Below, in pieces: positions 25,194 through 35,268 of a stretch of 39,675 nt of DNA; positions within the stretch are counted from its first letter, which is position 1; each line of letters opens with the position of its first letter. The stretch covers positions 1 to 39,675 of the IMG/VR virus record IMGVR_UViG_3300030376_003153; one strand, given 5' to 3'. Made by a program: the position numbers and the translations under genes. The notes beneath the pieces were generated by a model. It worked only from the letters and a program-made list of their open reading frames with translations. It did no database searches and was not told the origin of the DNA. The DNA is from a virus (Duplodnaviria; Caudoviricetes).

Positions 25194-27764
25194 TTATTTA
25201 CCTCTCATCATTTTTATTTTTATGTTTTTATCATAAGTATCTGTATTTTTTGGTCTACCTGCGTTTACATATTCCTCTGCTATGTTTTCACTAGTTAAAG
25301 CTTCACCACTTATAAACAATTGTCTTAAAATATGAGTTCGTACATCTTTTGGTATGTCATGTAACTTAACATCTTCATCACCTACCTTTACATATAGACG
25401 TTCAAAATCATCGCTACCTTCTTCATATTCATAAACTCGTTTTGTTGGATCACCACCAAATATTGATCTAATTTGATTTAGACCACCTCTGTCAAACAAA
25501 ACCTCATCAGTTAAAATTTCTTTAATTATTGATTTTCTTTTTTCATAAGTTATTTCTACACCATTTTCATAATAAAAATTTAAACGATCTCTATATTTAA
25601 ATTTTAATCTGCGATATTTTATACCTCCATCATCTACTAAGTCACTAAGATTATTTTCATCTAATGCTTCGTCAAAAATTGCTTTATCTACTGTAATGCC
25701 TTTGCTTTTTAGTTTGTTTGACTTGTTGCCATTTAATTGGTTTACATAATATTCATAGTCACCCGGATTTAATTTATGTCTAAAAGATTTTAATTTAGTC
25801 TCATCTTGCAATACTTCAACATCATTTGCTTCTATTTCATTTAAAGCATTTTCGTCTGATACTGCCGGTTGTCCACTTTTTAATATTTTTTGATCTTCTA
25901 AAGTAAAACTATTTATATCAATACCATTTGCTTTTAGCATTTTCCATCCATCTGGTTGTGCAAAAGCTATATCCTCTGCTTGTGTATATGCAGTATTGTA
26001 AAGTTCTGTTCTTTCTTTATCTGTTTGATTGTATTTAAATCTAAGTTCTGTTAATGCGTGTTCTTGTTTAACAGGATCTTTTATAGTATCTGTAATCTGT
26101 TTTTCATAATAAGTTAGCGGTGGTAAATTAGTTTTTGGATTTACTTTTACATATTCTTTGCCGTTAACGTATTCATAATCAATATCTTCATTAATAACAA
26201 GTAAATCATTAGTAATTGTATCTACATATGTATCTGCTTGATTTTTAACAATTTTTATTTCGTTTTCAAATTGTTTTATTTTATTTCTTTTTTCTAGATC
26301 TTTTTGTGAGTTTTTGTAATCTTTTGTACCCGGAAGTGGACCTAAACTTGAAAAAGATTTGTTATATAAATCTGGTGTATTTTTTAATTTTGTTATTTTT
26401 TTATTTAATTCTTGTACTTTTGGAGTATATGCAATTCCTATTTCAGCAAGAAATGCTTTATTAAAATTTTTCATTACTGTTTTATTTATTTCTACAAAAT
26501 AATTAGGATCATTGTTATATTTTTCTTTATCAATATTTGCGTCTTTAATTGCGTTTGTATACAACGAATCAGCCTTTTTTACACCTAATTTCTGTATTGC
26601 AAATAAATGTGCTGTTCTGTGTTGAGGAATAATTTGTTCATATTGAGGAGAATCTATGTTGTAATATTTTGATGTTGCTCTAATCTGTTGTAGCTGTTCT
26701 ACATTTTCACTTTTAGTTGCTTCTAAATTAGGCATTAAATCAGCATTAAATCCATCTATAATTGAAGATCCGTTGCCATTATCAATATTATTATTACTGT
26801 CTAGTTTTAATAAAAAATTTGCTGAATGTAAAAAATTATTGTCGTTTGAATTTCCTTCGTAACTTAAAACATTATCACATATTTTTGTAGCACAATATTC
26901 GTTTTCACTTTTTTGTAGCTCAGTTAAACCTTTAACTACTGTTTCACCATCAACAGTAACTATTTGTTGTCCTCCTATATTAAAACCTTTTGCGTGTTCT
27001 GCAAAATATTTTTTACCTAAAACTTCTTGATTATTATCTTTAAACCATTTAACGGCTTCATTATGTATTTCGCTTGTGTATTCTTTTACCATGTTTAAAT
27101 ATTGAGCACTAACTTCTCCTTTGCTTGGATCAATATTCCATCCTTTATCTATTGCAAATGATTGTATTTCTACAATGCCACTACCAAATGAAACCCAATG
27201 TTCACCACCCGGATCATTAAATCTAGTAATAGTTTTTATTGTATCTATTTGATGATTGTCAATTTTTGCTTCAGTTTCTTTTTCTTTAAAAATACGTTGT
27301 TGTGTTATAGAGTGTTGAGTTATTTTTGATTGGGCTGATTTAATACTTACTTGAGCCATATTTTCAAGCATATATTTAACAACGCCATTGCTTGATTGGT
27401 CAGTATATGTTTTTAAAATAGTTTCAAAATTTTTATTAGTGTCATCAAAAGCTGTTTTGTTTTTACCCTCTTCAGTTTGGCCGTTAGGTAGTACAGCATT
27501 AGCTCCCTTTAAGCTTGTATATTTATTAGTTTCAGCTTCTATATCTGCGTGTAAACCGTTATATAACTTTTTTGCTTCAGCATCATTTAATTCATTATCT
27601 AACTTCTGTATTATCTGCCCAGTTTGTTGTAATGCTTTAGCACTTCTTTCTATATCATCAGTAACAAAATCTTTCATTGGCTCTACAGAAGTAGCACCAA
27701 ATTGCACCTCAGAACCTGCTTGTTGTTCTACTTGTAAATTTTGTTGAAAAGGTACTCTTGCCAT
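25194..27764 (-). CDS. Internal virion (ejection) protein, T7 gp15 position
   Basis: MARVP N-terminus, LKGANA motif, helical composition, synteny. Confidence 0.7.
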   Translation of the reverse strand: MARVPFQQNLQVEQQAGSEVQFGATSVEPMKDFVTDDIERSAKALQQTGQIIQKLDNELNDAEAKKLYNGLHADIEAETNKYTSLKGANAVLPNGQTEEGKNKTAFDDTNKNFETILKTYTDQSSNGVVKYMLENMAQVSIKSAQSKITQHSITQQRIFKEKETEAKIDNHQIDTIKTITRFNDPGGEHWVSFGSGIVEIQSFAIDKGWNIDPSKGEVSAQYLNMVKEYTSEIHNEAVKWFKDNNQEVLGKKYFAEHAKGFNIGGQQIVTVDGETVVKGLTELQKSENEYCATKICDNVLSYEGNSNDNNFLHSANFLLKLDSNNNIDNGNGSSIIDGFNADLMPNLEATKSENVEQLQQIRATSKYYNIDSPQYEQIIPQHRTAHLFAIQKLGVKKADSLYTNAIKDANIDKEKYNNDPNYFVEINKTVMKNFNKAFLAEIGIAYTPKVQELNKKITKLKNTPDLYNKSFSSLGPLPGTKDYKNSQKDLEKRNKIKQFENEIKIVKNQADTYVDTITNDLLVINEDIDYEYVNGKEYVKVNPKTNLPPLTYYEKQITDTIKDPVKQEHALTELRFKYNQTDKERTELYNTAYTQAEDIAFAQPDGWKMLKANGIDINSFTLEDQKILKSGQPAVSDENALNEIEANDVEVLQDETKLKSFRHKLNPGDYEYYVNQLNGNKSNKLKSKGITVDKAIFDEALDENNLSDLVDDGGIKYRRLKFKYRDRLNFYYENGVEITYEKRKSIIKEILTDEVLFDRGGLNQIRSIFGGDPTKRVYEYEEGSDDFERLYVKVGDEDVKLHDIPKDVRTHILRQLFISGEALTSENIAEEYVNAGRPKNTDTYDKNIKIKMMRGK

Positions 27765-28345
27765 TATCCTTTAACCAACATACTTTGTGGAAGGCTACTA
27801 ATTAAACTAGAAGTGCCTGTTAAAAGACTACTGGTCATATTCATAAATGGATTAATTTGAGATGCTGAAGAAAACATATTGCTTGCACTCATTCCATACA
27901 TACTTCCTTGTATGCCTAACCCAACACCTTCTAATCGTTTATTTTCTACTGCTTGTACTTTATTTGTATTCATAGTATTTTTGTCTATTTGTGCCAATAC
28001 ATCATTACCTACCATTACATTTAAATTACTTCCTACACCTCTTACACCACCTCTTGACGCTATTGATACTACACCTGCGGATTTTGCAGCCCCTTGTTTC
28101 AATCCAAGCATCATTATTTTTTTGTTATATGCTCTCCCTATATGTTGTGCCTGACTTTCTTTCATGCGTTGATTAAACAACGCCATATCTTTTTTATGTT
28201 CTAAAGTTAAAGCTAAACTTTTTGTTTTATATTTTTCTGCACTAGCTGCACTATCGGCAGCAATAATGCCACCTAGCACACCAAAACCTTGTGATATTAC
28301 ACCAAACTTACCAAGGCGACTTAAAGAACTCCAACCAGTTGCCAT
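27764..28345 (-). CDS. Internal virion (ejection) protein, T7 gp14 position
   Basis: Gly-rich hydrophobic termini, ASRGG..GVGS motif, synteny. Confidence 0.7.
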   Translation of the reverse strand: MATGWSSLSRLGKFGVISQGFGVLGGIIAADSAASAEKYKTKSLALTLEHKKDMALFNQRMKESQAQHIGRAYNKKIMMLGLKQGAAKSAGVVSIASRGGVRGVGSNLNVMVGNDVLAQIDKNTMNTNKVQAVENKRLEGVGLGIQGSMYGMSASNMFSSASQINPFMNMTSSLLTGTSSLISSLPQSMLVKG

Positions 28346-28368
28346 AACTTCAACACTTCTTTATTTTT

Positions 28369-28402
28369 AGTATAACTCCATGGTATCTGTTTACGGTCAC
28401 AC
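28369..28402 (-). promoter_or_regulatory. Putative phage-specific late promoter (ejection proteins)
   Basis: GTGTGACCGTAA, 16 nt, TATACT. Confidence 0.8.
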
Positions 28403-30870
28403 TATCCACCCATAGCTACTTCTAATGTTAAACCTACAATTGTTAATGGTAATGGGTCAGATTGACGTACAAATAATTGGCCATTATCTTGCCATTCTGG
28501 TGTAAGCATAATTTTTATATCTTGTGTTTTTAAATCTGGTGGTGACCCATATGGTTCTGTTGTACGTTGTTTTGCCTCTACTAATTTACTTGCACTAGGA
28601 CCTGCAAATATACCAGATGATTCTAATACTCGTAACCATACATGGTTTAAATTTTTAACTCTACCTTGACCAAAAGCTTCTACTTGTAATGCCATAGGTA
28701 AAGTTTTTAAATCAGCCTCAATAGGTAAACCAACGTGAACTACACTAGAAGCTTGGTCTAATGTAATAGAACCGCTAGATACTGTACGTTGTGGATGTAC
28801 TGCACCATCTGCCAAAATATTTACAACTTTTCCTTCCAACCAACTAATTCCTGATATAACATTTCTAGCAACTTCAAAGGTATTAATGCCTGTGTTACGC
28901 AAAGATACAGGTAAATCTTTATCTAATTTAACTGTTGCTACAGTTGCACTTGTAGTAGAAACAATATTACATCTGTAATATGTTGTGCCATCAACTAAAA
29001 CTATTGCATCGCCTACATCATCAAGACTTGGTGGAGCATTAAATAAATTATAATTAGCAGTAATAGTAACGCTTTCTCCCCTTGTATAATTTGTGCCACC
29101 AGATATGGTAACAGTGCGGTTTGTATCTGTATTTGTGCCGTTGTATGTTGCACCTGCATCTACAAAAAAATTATCACGTTGAGTTGCAAATAATCTTGTA
29201 CCCATACGCTCTATATATCTTTTAGAAGCACCGTTAATAGTTCTTTGTATAACACAATAAGTTACATCATCGTTACCTTCAGAAACGCAAGCTACGCTTT
29301 CAAAAGTTCCATCTGTATCATGTTGATGCCATGCTCCTATTTGTTGTTCTGGAACATATGTAAGACCTAATAATTTACCATTACTACTTACTTGCCATAC
29401 AATAGGTATTGGTGACTTTGATAAAGCCATATCTATAATTGTAAAATTATCAAATAAATGTGGAGCACGAAGAGATAAATCACCTGTTATAAATCCATTT
29501 GCTTGCCAGTTATAACCAAGTTCTCTTATATGACCACCACGAGCAGCAGCATATACCAAACTATTATTAACAATTACTGGTTGTGCATTGTTTGCACCAA
29601 CATATGATTGTGGTTTTACAGATATAGAAGTAGGAGTTATAGCATCACTATTAACAGAAGTTACACGCCATTCTGCTGATCCAGTAAGCATAAGTAAATT
29701 TGTTAATGGAACTATATGTCTAATTGTGTTAGCTTCACGAGCAGCAACTCTAAACTCAATACGGTCATCATCTCGTATAGGAATACCAAAAGACATATTA
29801 CTTTCAGTACCAGACTTAGTCATCCATATGTTTTGTGGTGCATTATTTGTACCTGCAAATACTCTACGTTGTTCAAAGTAAGATACAGCACCCGGGTAAT
29901 TGCCAGAACCAACAAAATCATTTTCATGTATTGGTGGTGTTTTAGCAAAATCAGGTGAAATATTATCGTCTATAAGTGTAGTTGTAGTAGTTTCTCCAAG
30001 AAATCCAAATATACCACCTTGTGATTTATATACTCTATATCGACTAGCACCAGAAACAGCATTCCATGTAATAGTATTCTTTGCACCAGTAACAAATATA
30101 TTGTTGTTTACTGATGCAGAAGATGATTGATTGCTTTCATCAACTAAATTAGCTTTTACTGCTGTAACAACATATTCGTGTGCAACATAAGTATCTGTAT
30201 TTGTTGTAGTAGAAGAAGGAATATACATAGAAACACTTACACCACCGGGGGCTGCAAGTGGACTACCAAAATCAATTACACGCAATTCCCATTGCGTAGC
30301 ACCAAGTCTTCTTAGTTCTCTAGGTGCATGGTTAGGATGCACTAATGTTATAACGTCAGCAGATTGCACATAATTAACATCAAACAATTCTGCTTCTAAA
30401 TATGGATGTGGTATCTCATATACGTTAGGACTTGTTGGCATAGCATACCAATTAGTTGCGTTTGGTGGCTGACTATTAGAATGAACAGTTTTTGAATAAT
30501 AATTTACACCGCCTTGTTTAGCTATCGAACCAACTACATAATTAGTACCACCGTTCCATGCTGCACCATCGTTATAAAATAAAGTTTGTCCTTGTGTATG
30601 GAATCTAAAGTATTGATCACCAAACTCAAGCACCATAGTCTGAGTTGTATTAAATGTAAAAGATAATAATCTTGTAGATTTAGTGCTATTTTTAACTTCT
30701 CTTACAAATGCAAATCCCGGTCTATTTTGTGCAGGTCCTTGTGGTTTAACAACAAAATTACGGACTACTGCTGCACCTTGTTGAAATTTATTATCAGCAA
30801 TACGGCCAAACATTTCTGGTGATATTTCTCCTCCAGAAAATGATTGTTTAAAATTACGAGTAACTGGCAT
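28402..30870 (-). CDS. Tail tubular protein B (nozzle)
   Basis: SFSGGEISP..GR.D, NF.V.PQG...RPG, VQSADV, YP.AVSYFEQR and AWHQH motifs. Confidence 0.9.
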   Translation of the reverse strand: MPVTRNFKQSFSGGEISPEMFGRIADNKFQQGAAVVRNFVVKPQGPAQNRPGFAFVREVKNSTKSTRLLSFTFNTTQTMVLEFGDQYFRFHTQGQTLFYNDGAAWNGGTNYVVGSIAKQGGVNYYSKTVHSNSQPPNATNWYAMPTSPNVYEIPHPYLEAELFDVNYVQSADVITLVHPNHAPRELRRLGATQWELRVIDFGSPLAAPGGVSVSMYIPSSTTTNTDTYVAHEYVVTAVKANLVDESNQSSSASVNNNIFVTGAKNTITWNAVSGASRYRVYKSQGGIFGFLGETTTTTLIDDNISPDFAKTPPIHENDFVGSGNYPGAVSYFEQRRVFAGTNNAPQNIWMTKSGTESNMSFGIPIRDDDRIEFRVAAREANTIRHIVPLTNLLMLTGSAEWRVTSVNSDAITPTSISVKPQSYVGANNAQPVIVNNSLVYAAARGGHIRELGYNWQANGFITGDLSLRAPHLFDNFTIIDMALSKSPIPIVWQVSSNGKLLGLTYVPEQQIGAWHQHDTDGTFESVACVSEGNDDVTYCVIQRTINGASKRYIERMGTRLFATQRDNFFVDAGATYNGTNTDTNRTVTISGGTNYTRGESVTITANYNLFNAPPSLDDVGDAIVLVDGTTYYRCNIVSTTSATVATVKLDKDLPVSLRNTGINTFEVARNVISGISWLEGKVVNILADGAVHPQRTVSSGSITLDQASSVVHVGLPIEADLKTLPMALQVEAFGQGRVKNLNHVWLRVLESSGIFAGPSASKLVEAKQRTTEPYGSPPDLKTQDIKIMLTPEWQDNGQLFVRQSDPLPLTIVGLTLEVAMGG

Positions 30871-30873
30871 AAA

Positions 30874-31542
30874 TTACCTCCCAGATGTCCAAGGAACTAT
30901 ATGCTCAACAGTAATATCTCTATGTAAATTATCTGATTGTTTTGCACTTGTTAAATAATTAGTCATCATTTGTGTACAACGTTTTGCTTCTGCTGCTCCT
31001 TGATCTCCTTTAATAACAGGACCTGCAAGCATTGATGCCAAATGCCATGACAAAGTAATAACAAATAATGGCGAAAATAACGATGGGTCAGTTATAAATG
31101 CTTGATATCGAAGCATTGCATTTTCTTGGTTGGTATAAATTAAATCGCCTTCTATCGCAAATTGTTGTGGTGTATATTGACCTGCCACTATTGTCGGTGC
31201 ATAGTTACTTGTTATTCCACCGGGAGTATCGCCTGCTGACATTCTTGTAGCGTAATCATTTTGTGCTGTTGGAGATATTATTGCGACAGGTGACATCATA
31301 TCCGCAGGGGCTACATATGCATAATCCCATTGATCAAGACTATTAGTTGTTAATGCGATATTTCCACGCTTTGCTGCAAAATTCCATGTATGCATTTCAA
31401 GCAAAGTATTTCTTGCAATTGGATAAAACCGTGCAGCTTTTTCTGCTTGTGCTGATCCTTCTGGTGGATTAAGCGAAGCTATTGTTGCATCATCGCCTAA
31501 GTGTGCCAAGGCAAGGTTGCAAATGTCTACTTCAGTTGCCAT
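30874..31542 (-). CDS. Tail tubular protein A (head-tail adaptor)
   Basis: MATEVDICNLAL.HLG, H.WNFA and F.PLF...LSW.LA motifs; AGGAG RBS. Confidence 0.88.
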   Translation of the reverse strand: MATEVDICNLALAHLGDDATIASLNPPEGSAQAEKAARFYPIARNTLLEMHTWNFAAKRGNIALTTNSLDQWDYAYVAPADMMSPVAIISPTAQNDYATRMSAGDTPGGITSNYAPTIVAGQYTPQQFAIEGDLIYTNQENAMLRYQAFITDPSLFSPLFVITLSWHLASMLAGPVIKGDQGAAEAKRCTQMMTNYLTSAKQSDNLHRDITVEHIVPWTSGR

Positions 31543-31552
31543 GTCATCTCCT

Positions 31553-31590
31553 AAAAAAAGAGGAGGTTAGCAGTATTACTACTAGCCCCC
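31553..31590 (-). terminator. Rho-independent terminator after the capsid gene cluster
   Basis: GGGGGCTAGTAGT-AAT-ACTGCTAACCTCC followed by TCTTTTTTT on the - strand. Confidence 0.8.
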
Positions 31591-31615
31591 AGTAAGAAAA
31601 TAAGAAAACTAATGC

Positions 31616-31924
31616 CTACTTATTAGCTGCTACTAGTTGACTAATTAAAGTGTCTTTAGTTTGTCTTCTATCTAGTTCAACACCAATAGAACGACCATAC
31701 ACTTCGAGTTCTGCTTTAGTCATTGATTCGTAATCAACGGATTGAGTAGTTGGCTGAACATCTTCTGACAATACGGCTGTGTTTGACGCCACAGGCAGAT
31801 CAGGTTCAGTTCCACCAACTAATTCAATATTACTATTGAACTCTCCATTGTATTCAAACTCTTCGTTAGCTTCTCTCATGGATTGACCAACAAAGCACTT
31901 AGTTTTAGCTCTATAAATAGGCAT
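31616..31924 (-). CDS. Small head-region protein with a C-terminal Rho-N/HeH-like domain
   Basis: YESMTKAELEVYGRSIGVELDRRQTKDTLISQL helix-extension-helix pattern. Confidence 0.7.
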   Translation of the reverse strand: MPIYRAKTKCFVGQSMREANEEFEYNGEFNSNIELVGGTEPDLPVASNTAVLSEDVQPTTQSVDYESMTKAELEVYGRSIGVELDRRQTKDTLISQLVAANK

Positions 31925-31936
31925 AGATTCTCCTTA

Positions 31937-32368
31937 TTAAGCTACGGTAAAGCCAGAAGCATAGTACTTCTGTCCGTCACCGATTGTTTCTACTACATCA
32001 GCAGTAACTTTACCTGCATTAAATGTACCTGCAACTGTGTATCTAGCACCTAAGTACCTTTTACCTTTACCTGCAATGTCTGGATTAATGCGTACTACTA
32101 CGTTTTTACCAACTGTAAGTGCTGCTGTAAGGATTGCATCGCTGCTTCCAATAACAGTAGGACTAGACAAGTTAGCATTTGCACTAGTTACAACTTCAAA
32201 CTTTACACTTGTACCGTTTGCTAATGCAGTGGTAACAGCAAAGTTCATGTATAACGAAGTACCTTCGCCTATATCTCTAGCTGTTCCTAGATCAATAGTG
32301 TCAGTAGAAAAAGCAGTTGTAGTAATTGCTTGATCTTCGCTCACTCGGAGCAGTTTGTCTGTAATCAT
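31937..32368 (-). CDS. Bbp16-like capsid cement protein
   Basis: MITD.LL..S..QAIT.TA.STD.IDLG..RDIGEG and RYL..RYTV motifs; follows the major capsid gene. Confidence 0.85.
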   Translation of the reverse strand: MITDKLLRVSEDQAITTTAFSTDTIDLGTARDIGEGTSLYMNFAVTTALANGTSVKFEVVTSANANLSSPTVIGSSDAILTAALTVGKNVVVRINPDIAGKGKRYLGARYTVAGTFNAGKVTADVVETIGDGQKYYASGFTVA

Positions 32369-32395
32369 TTTAGATCTCCTTTGTTAATAAAAAAG

Positions 32396-33415
32396 TTAAC
32401 TTACCGCAGATTCAGTGTTAAGCAACGCATCTACTCTTCTTAGAGGTACTCCAAGGAATGATAAGTAGCTTTGTGCTGATCCAAACTGTGATAAACCTTC
32501 TTGGATAGCTAATACAGATTGTGACTTGTCAAGTGCTGCAATAGATAATCCTGAGTGAACAGTTCTATTCATATAGAACGCTGCTCTTCCCATTGCCATA
32601 TTTGGAATTCTATACAATGCTCTAGCCATAAGCTTAATAAGAGCAGTAGATGCACTTGAAGCTTGTGTGTTAGAACCTGCTAATAGGTCAGAAATGTCAA
32701 TGTTACAAATACGAACAACGTATCTCCAATCTTTAACGACCAAACCGTTCTTCCACTGGTAACGAGTAGCAAAAGCTTGTAATCTTGTACCGTCACTGTT
32801 GTAAACAGTTTGCTCACCTAGATCTTCGTGTGTTAAACCTGCTTTAGATCCTTTAGGGAAAGGACAATAAACAGTATTATCACCCCAAACAACTAGATAT
32901 ACAGAAGCGTTATCAGAACCTGATCCACCTGCATTAAGAATGTTTACTGCGTTGTCAGCAGATAAATCACCATATCTTGGTGCAAGTCCTAAAAACTTCT
33001 TAGGATCTGTTCCGGGATTACCGTAGAACATTGTCTCTGCTTGAGTCTGGTTCATTGCTTCCAAGAACGCAGTATCTTCAGATAAACGGAACTGTGCAGT
33101 GTTACCATTTAACATTGCCAAGTCTTTGTCTACTTCAGAACGAGCTTCTAGGATTCCGCAAGCTTCGTCAATTTGTGCTGTTGTTGACTTGCTTGATGGA
33201 ATACCTTGGTTAAGTGCTCTCCAGTAAACACCGGGTAAACCAGTTCTAATAACAACACGTTCTCCAGTAGGTAAATTACCTTCTTTAAAAACGCAATCGT
33301 CTAAAATTTCGTTGCTTTGTGATAATAGTTCTGCAACAATTGGAACTCTACCGTCTGGGTCAGATCTTTTTGCCCAATCCGCTAGGGTTAAATTTGATGA
33401 TGAAAGTGTAGCCAT
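32396..33415 (-). CDS. Major capsid protein (BPP-1 Bbp17-like)
   Basis: TLAD.AKR.DP, E.L.Q.NEIL.D, RTGLP, F.GLAPRY and F.GVP.RR.DAL motifs. Confidence 0.93.
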   Translation of the reverse strand: MATLSSSNLTLADWAKRSDPDGRVPIVAELLSQSNEILDDCVFKEGNLPTGERVVIRTGLPGVYWRALNQGIPSSKSTTAQIDEACGILEARSEVDKDLAMLNGNTAQFRLSEDTAFLEAMNQTQAETMFYGNPGTDPKKFLGLAPRYGDLSADNAVNILNAGGSGSDNASVYLVVWGDNTVYCPFPKGSKAGLTHEDLGEQTVYNSDGTRLQAFATRYQWKNGLVVKDWRYVVRICNIDISDLLAGSNTQASSASTALIKLMARALYRIPNMAMGRAAFYMNRTVHSGLSIAALDKSQSVLAIQEGLSQFGSAQSYLSFLGVPLRRVDALLNTESAVS

Positions 33416-33426
33416 TTAATAACTCC

Positions 33427-34119
33427 TTACTTGTTTTGCTGATTAGAATACAGTGCGTTAGCTATGCCGTTAAAATCTTTTGGTACACCGCTTTTAGCAT
33501 TAGCACCTAAAGAATTACCAACATAACTGTCTTCACTAATTGCCTTACCTGCTCGGTACATAAACCGAATTACTTCGGGATGATTTCCCAAACCAGATTC
33601 TGACAGCAACTGTTTAAAAGGATCAGTACCAAATGCATTAAGGGCTGTTTTTGCAACTTCAAGATTAGTTTCAAAAGTTTCACCACCAAATTCTTCATCT
33701 GATTGTGATTCTGCTGCCCAATCTTGTCTTGCCTTTTCAACCTGTTGTGCTTGTCTTGCCTGTATTACAGGTGCGACTTTGTCTAAAACTTTTTGTGCAG
33801 CGTCTTGTGGCAGGTCAAGTTCTTTAGCGACTTCACCGAATGCAGTTAAGACTTCGGGGTCGAGTACTTCCGGTGCGTCAGCCACCTTATCGTTGAACTC
33901 GTATGTCTCAGGAGCACCTTCTTTGGTTTCCTGTTCGCTAGTTTCACTTTCAGCAGTGGATTCATCCGAATCTTGCTGATCTGCTACATTTTCAGCTTGT
34001 TGCTGTGTTTCTTCAGTAGTCGTAGTTTCAGCCGATTGCTCGGTTTGTGCTTCTCCTACTGGTTGCTGTGTGCTGCCTTCATTGGTTTGTTCGGCTTCCG
34101 TCATCAGCGTTTCTGACAT
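33427..34119 (-). CDS. Capsid scaffolding protein
   Basis: Acidic N-terminus, GAPE.YEF, D.EFGG and GLGNHPEVIR..YRAGKAISED motifs; precedes the capsid gene. Confidence 0.85.
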   Translation of the reverse strand: MSETLMTEAEQTNEGSTQQPVGEAQTEQSAETTTTEETQQQAENVADQQDSDESTAESETSEQETKEGAPETYEFNDKVADAPEVLDPEVLTAFGEVAKELDLPQDAAQKVLDKVAPVIQARQAQQVEKARQDWAAESQSDEEFGGETFETNLEVAKTALNAFGTDPFKQLLSESGLGNHPEVIRFMYRAGKAISEDSYVGNSLGANAKSGVPKDFNGIANALYSNQQNK

Positions 34120-34423
34120 TTTTTTGCTCCTTAATCATTGTCGGGTATAACTCTGGGCAGAGAGTGTGAATCAAGTTTAGTATTTGCAAACCATAGTTTC
34201 TGTTACCTTCGCTAAATGACATTGCCATTGCGTTAGTGTTAAACGATGATCGGAAAACACCTGCTTGCTCCAGAAGTCTCCAGATTAATCTGCGACCCCT
34301 CTTGCTGCTCATCAGCCATTTGATGTCCGACTCTTCATTTTGGCGGTCAATTCTTTCCTCAGACTTTTTATTGTCTTTGGATTTTTGTTGACTCTTGAGG
34401 TCGAGAGGATTGTATTCACTCAT
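34079..34423 (-). CDS. Bbp19-like head protein
   Basis: DIKWLMS..RGRR..WRLLE.AGVFR..F.EG.RN.GL..CPELY motifs. Confidence 0.85.
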   Translation of the reverse strand: MSEYNPLDLKSQQKSKDNKKSEERIDRQNEESDIKWLMSSKRGRRLIWRLLEQAGVFRSSFNTNAMAMSFSEGNRNYGLQILNLIHTLCPELYPTMIKEQKNVRNADDGSRTNQ

Positions 34424-34428
34424 GACTT

Positions 34429-34462
34429 AATATACCTAGCAATAACTGGGTTACGGTCACAC
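34429..34462 (-). promoter_or_regulatory. Putative phage-specific late promoter (scaffold/capsid operon)
   Basis: GTGTGACCGTAA, 16 nt, TATATT; ATG follows 5 nt later. Confidence 0.8.
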
Positions 34463-34463
34463 C

Positions 34464-34598
34464 TTATGCTTGACTTTGCCTAATAGCTTTATCTGTTGGT
34501 GCTCCCTTTGATCCTTTTTTACGCATTTTTTCACCAGAACCTTCTTTAATTCTTTTACGTTTTGCGTGAATGTTTGCCCACAATCCTTGGTTTTTCAT
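34464..34598 (-). CDS. Small basic protein, 44 aa (MKNQGLWANIHAKRKRIKEGSGEKMRKKGSKGAPT...)
   Basis: Translated by hand; GL[WY]ANIHAKRKR..GAPT motif recalled from many aquatic phages. Confidence 0.85.
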   Translation of the reverse strand: MKNQGLWANIHAKRKRIKEGSGEKMRKKGSKGAPTDKAIRQSQA

Positions 34599-34600
34599 AA

Positions 34601-34744
34601 TTAAAACATTGAAGGGTAAAGTTTTTTTAGTTTTTCTAATTCTTTTAATTGTGCGTCAGATGCCATACCGCCTTCTTTCATAGCTTCTAATGTTGCTGCT
34701 TTTCTTTTTATTTTTGCAGGAATAATATTTTTTGCGTCAGCCAT
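34601..34744 (-). CDS. Small protein, 47 aa (MADAKNIIP...LKKLYPSMF)
   Basis: GGAGG RBS; TAATG overlap. Confidence 0.75.
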   Translation of the reverse strand: MADAKNIIPAKIKRKAATLEAMKEGGMASDAQLKELEKLKKLYPSMF

Positions 34745-34896
34745 TACTTGTTACCTCCATAAAGCTTTTCAGCAAATTGTTCTAATTTAGATTTTTTCTT
34801 ATTTTTATTTTTATTTGCTTCTTTTGCGTTATGTGCTTCTATCATTTGTTTGTAACGCATTTTTGCACTGGGCGATAGATTGTGTGAACCTTCCAT
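34744..34896 (-). CDS. Small basic protein, 50 aa (MEGSHNLSP...FAEKLYGGNK)
   Basis: AGGAG RBS; coupled to the downstream ORF. Confidence 0.75.
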   Translation of the reverse strand: MEGSHNLSPSAKMRYKQMIEAHNAKEANKNKNKKKSKLEQFAEKLYGGNK

Positions 34897-34905
34897 AATA
34901 AACTC

Positions 34906-35268
34906 CTATGCTAAATAAGTTGGGCTTTTAGCAACAGGTGTTGCTTTTGGTGCAGGTTTAGGCTGTGTTTCGTACAAACCTTTAGCCTGATCACCACTCT
35001 TATCAAAAGGTTCTATACCCATTGCACATATTTGTAGCTCTACATTCTGTTCAACACCATCCTTTTCTTTACTTTCTCTAACAGTTTTAACATAAGTAAT
35101 AGCCTTAATCATCATCTCGCTACCAGCTTCTGGTAATTTTTCGATGCCTAACTTTTCTAGTTCTTCCCTACCAAGCGATATACACAAACCGTAGCTATAC
35201 ATTGGCTCTTCGTACATTTCATTGCTATCAATGGGTTGTGGATCTTTTTTTAAGTCAATTAAGTTCAT
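34906..35268 (-). CDS. Head accessory (capsid staple-type) protein
   Basis: Y.YGLCISL..EELEKLGI..LP..G and ELQI..M motifs; follows the portal gene. Confidence 0.65.
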   Translation of the reverse strand: MNLIDLKKDPQPIDSNEMYEEPMYSYGLCISLGREELEKLGIEKLPEAGSEMMIKAITYVKTVRESKEKDGVEQNVELQICAMGIEPFDKSGDQAKGLYETQPKPAPKATPVAKSPTYLA

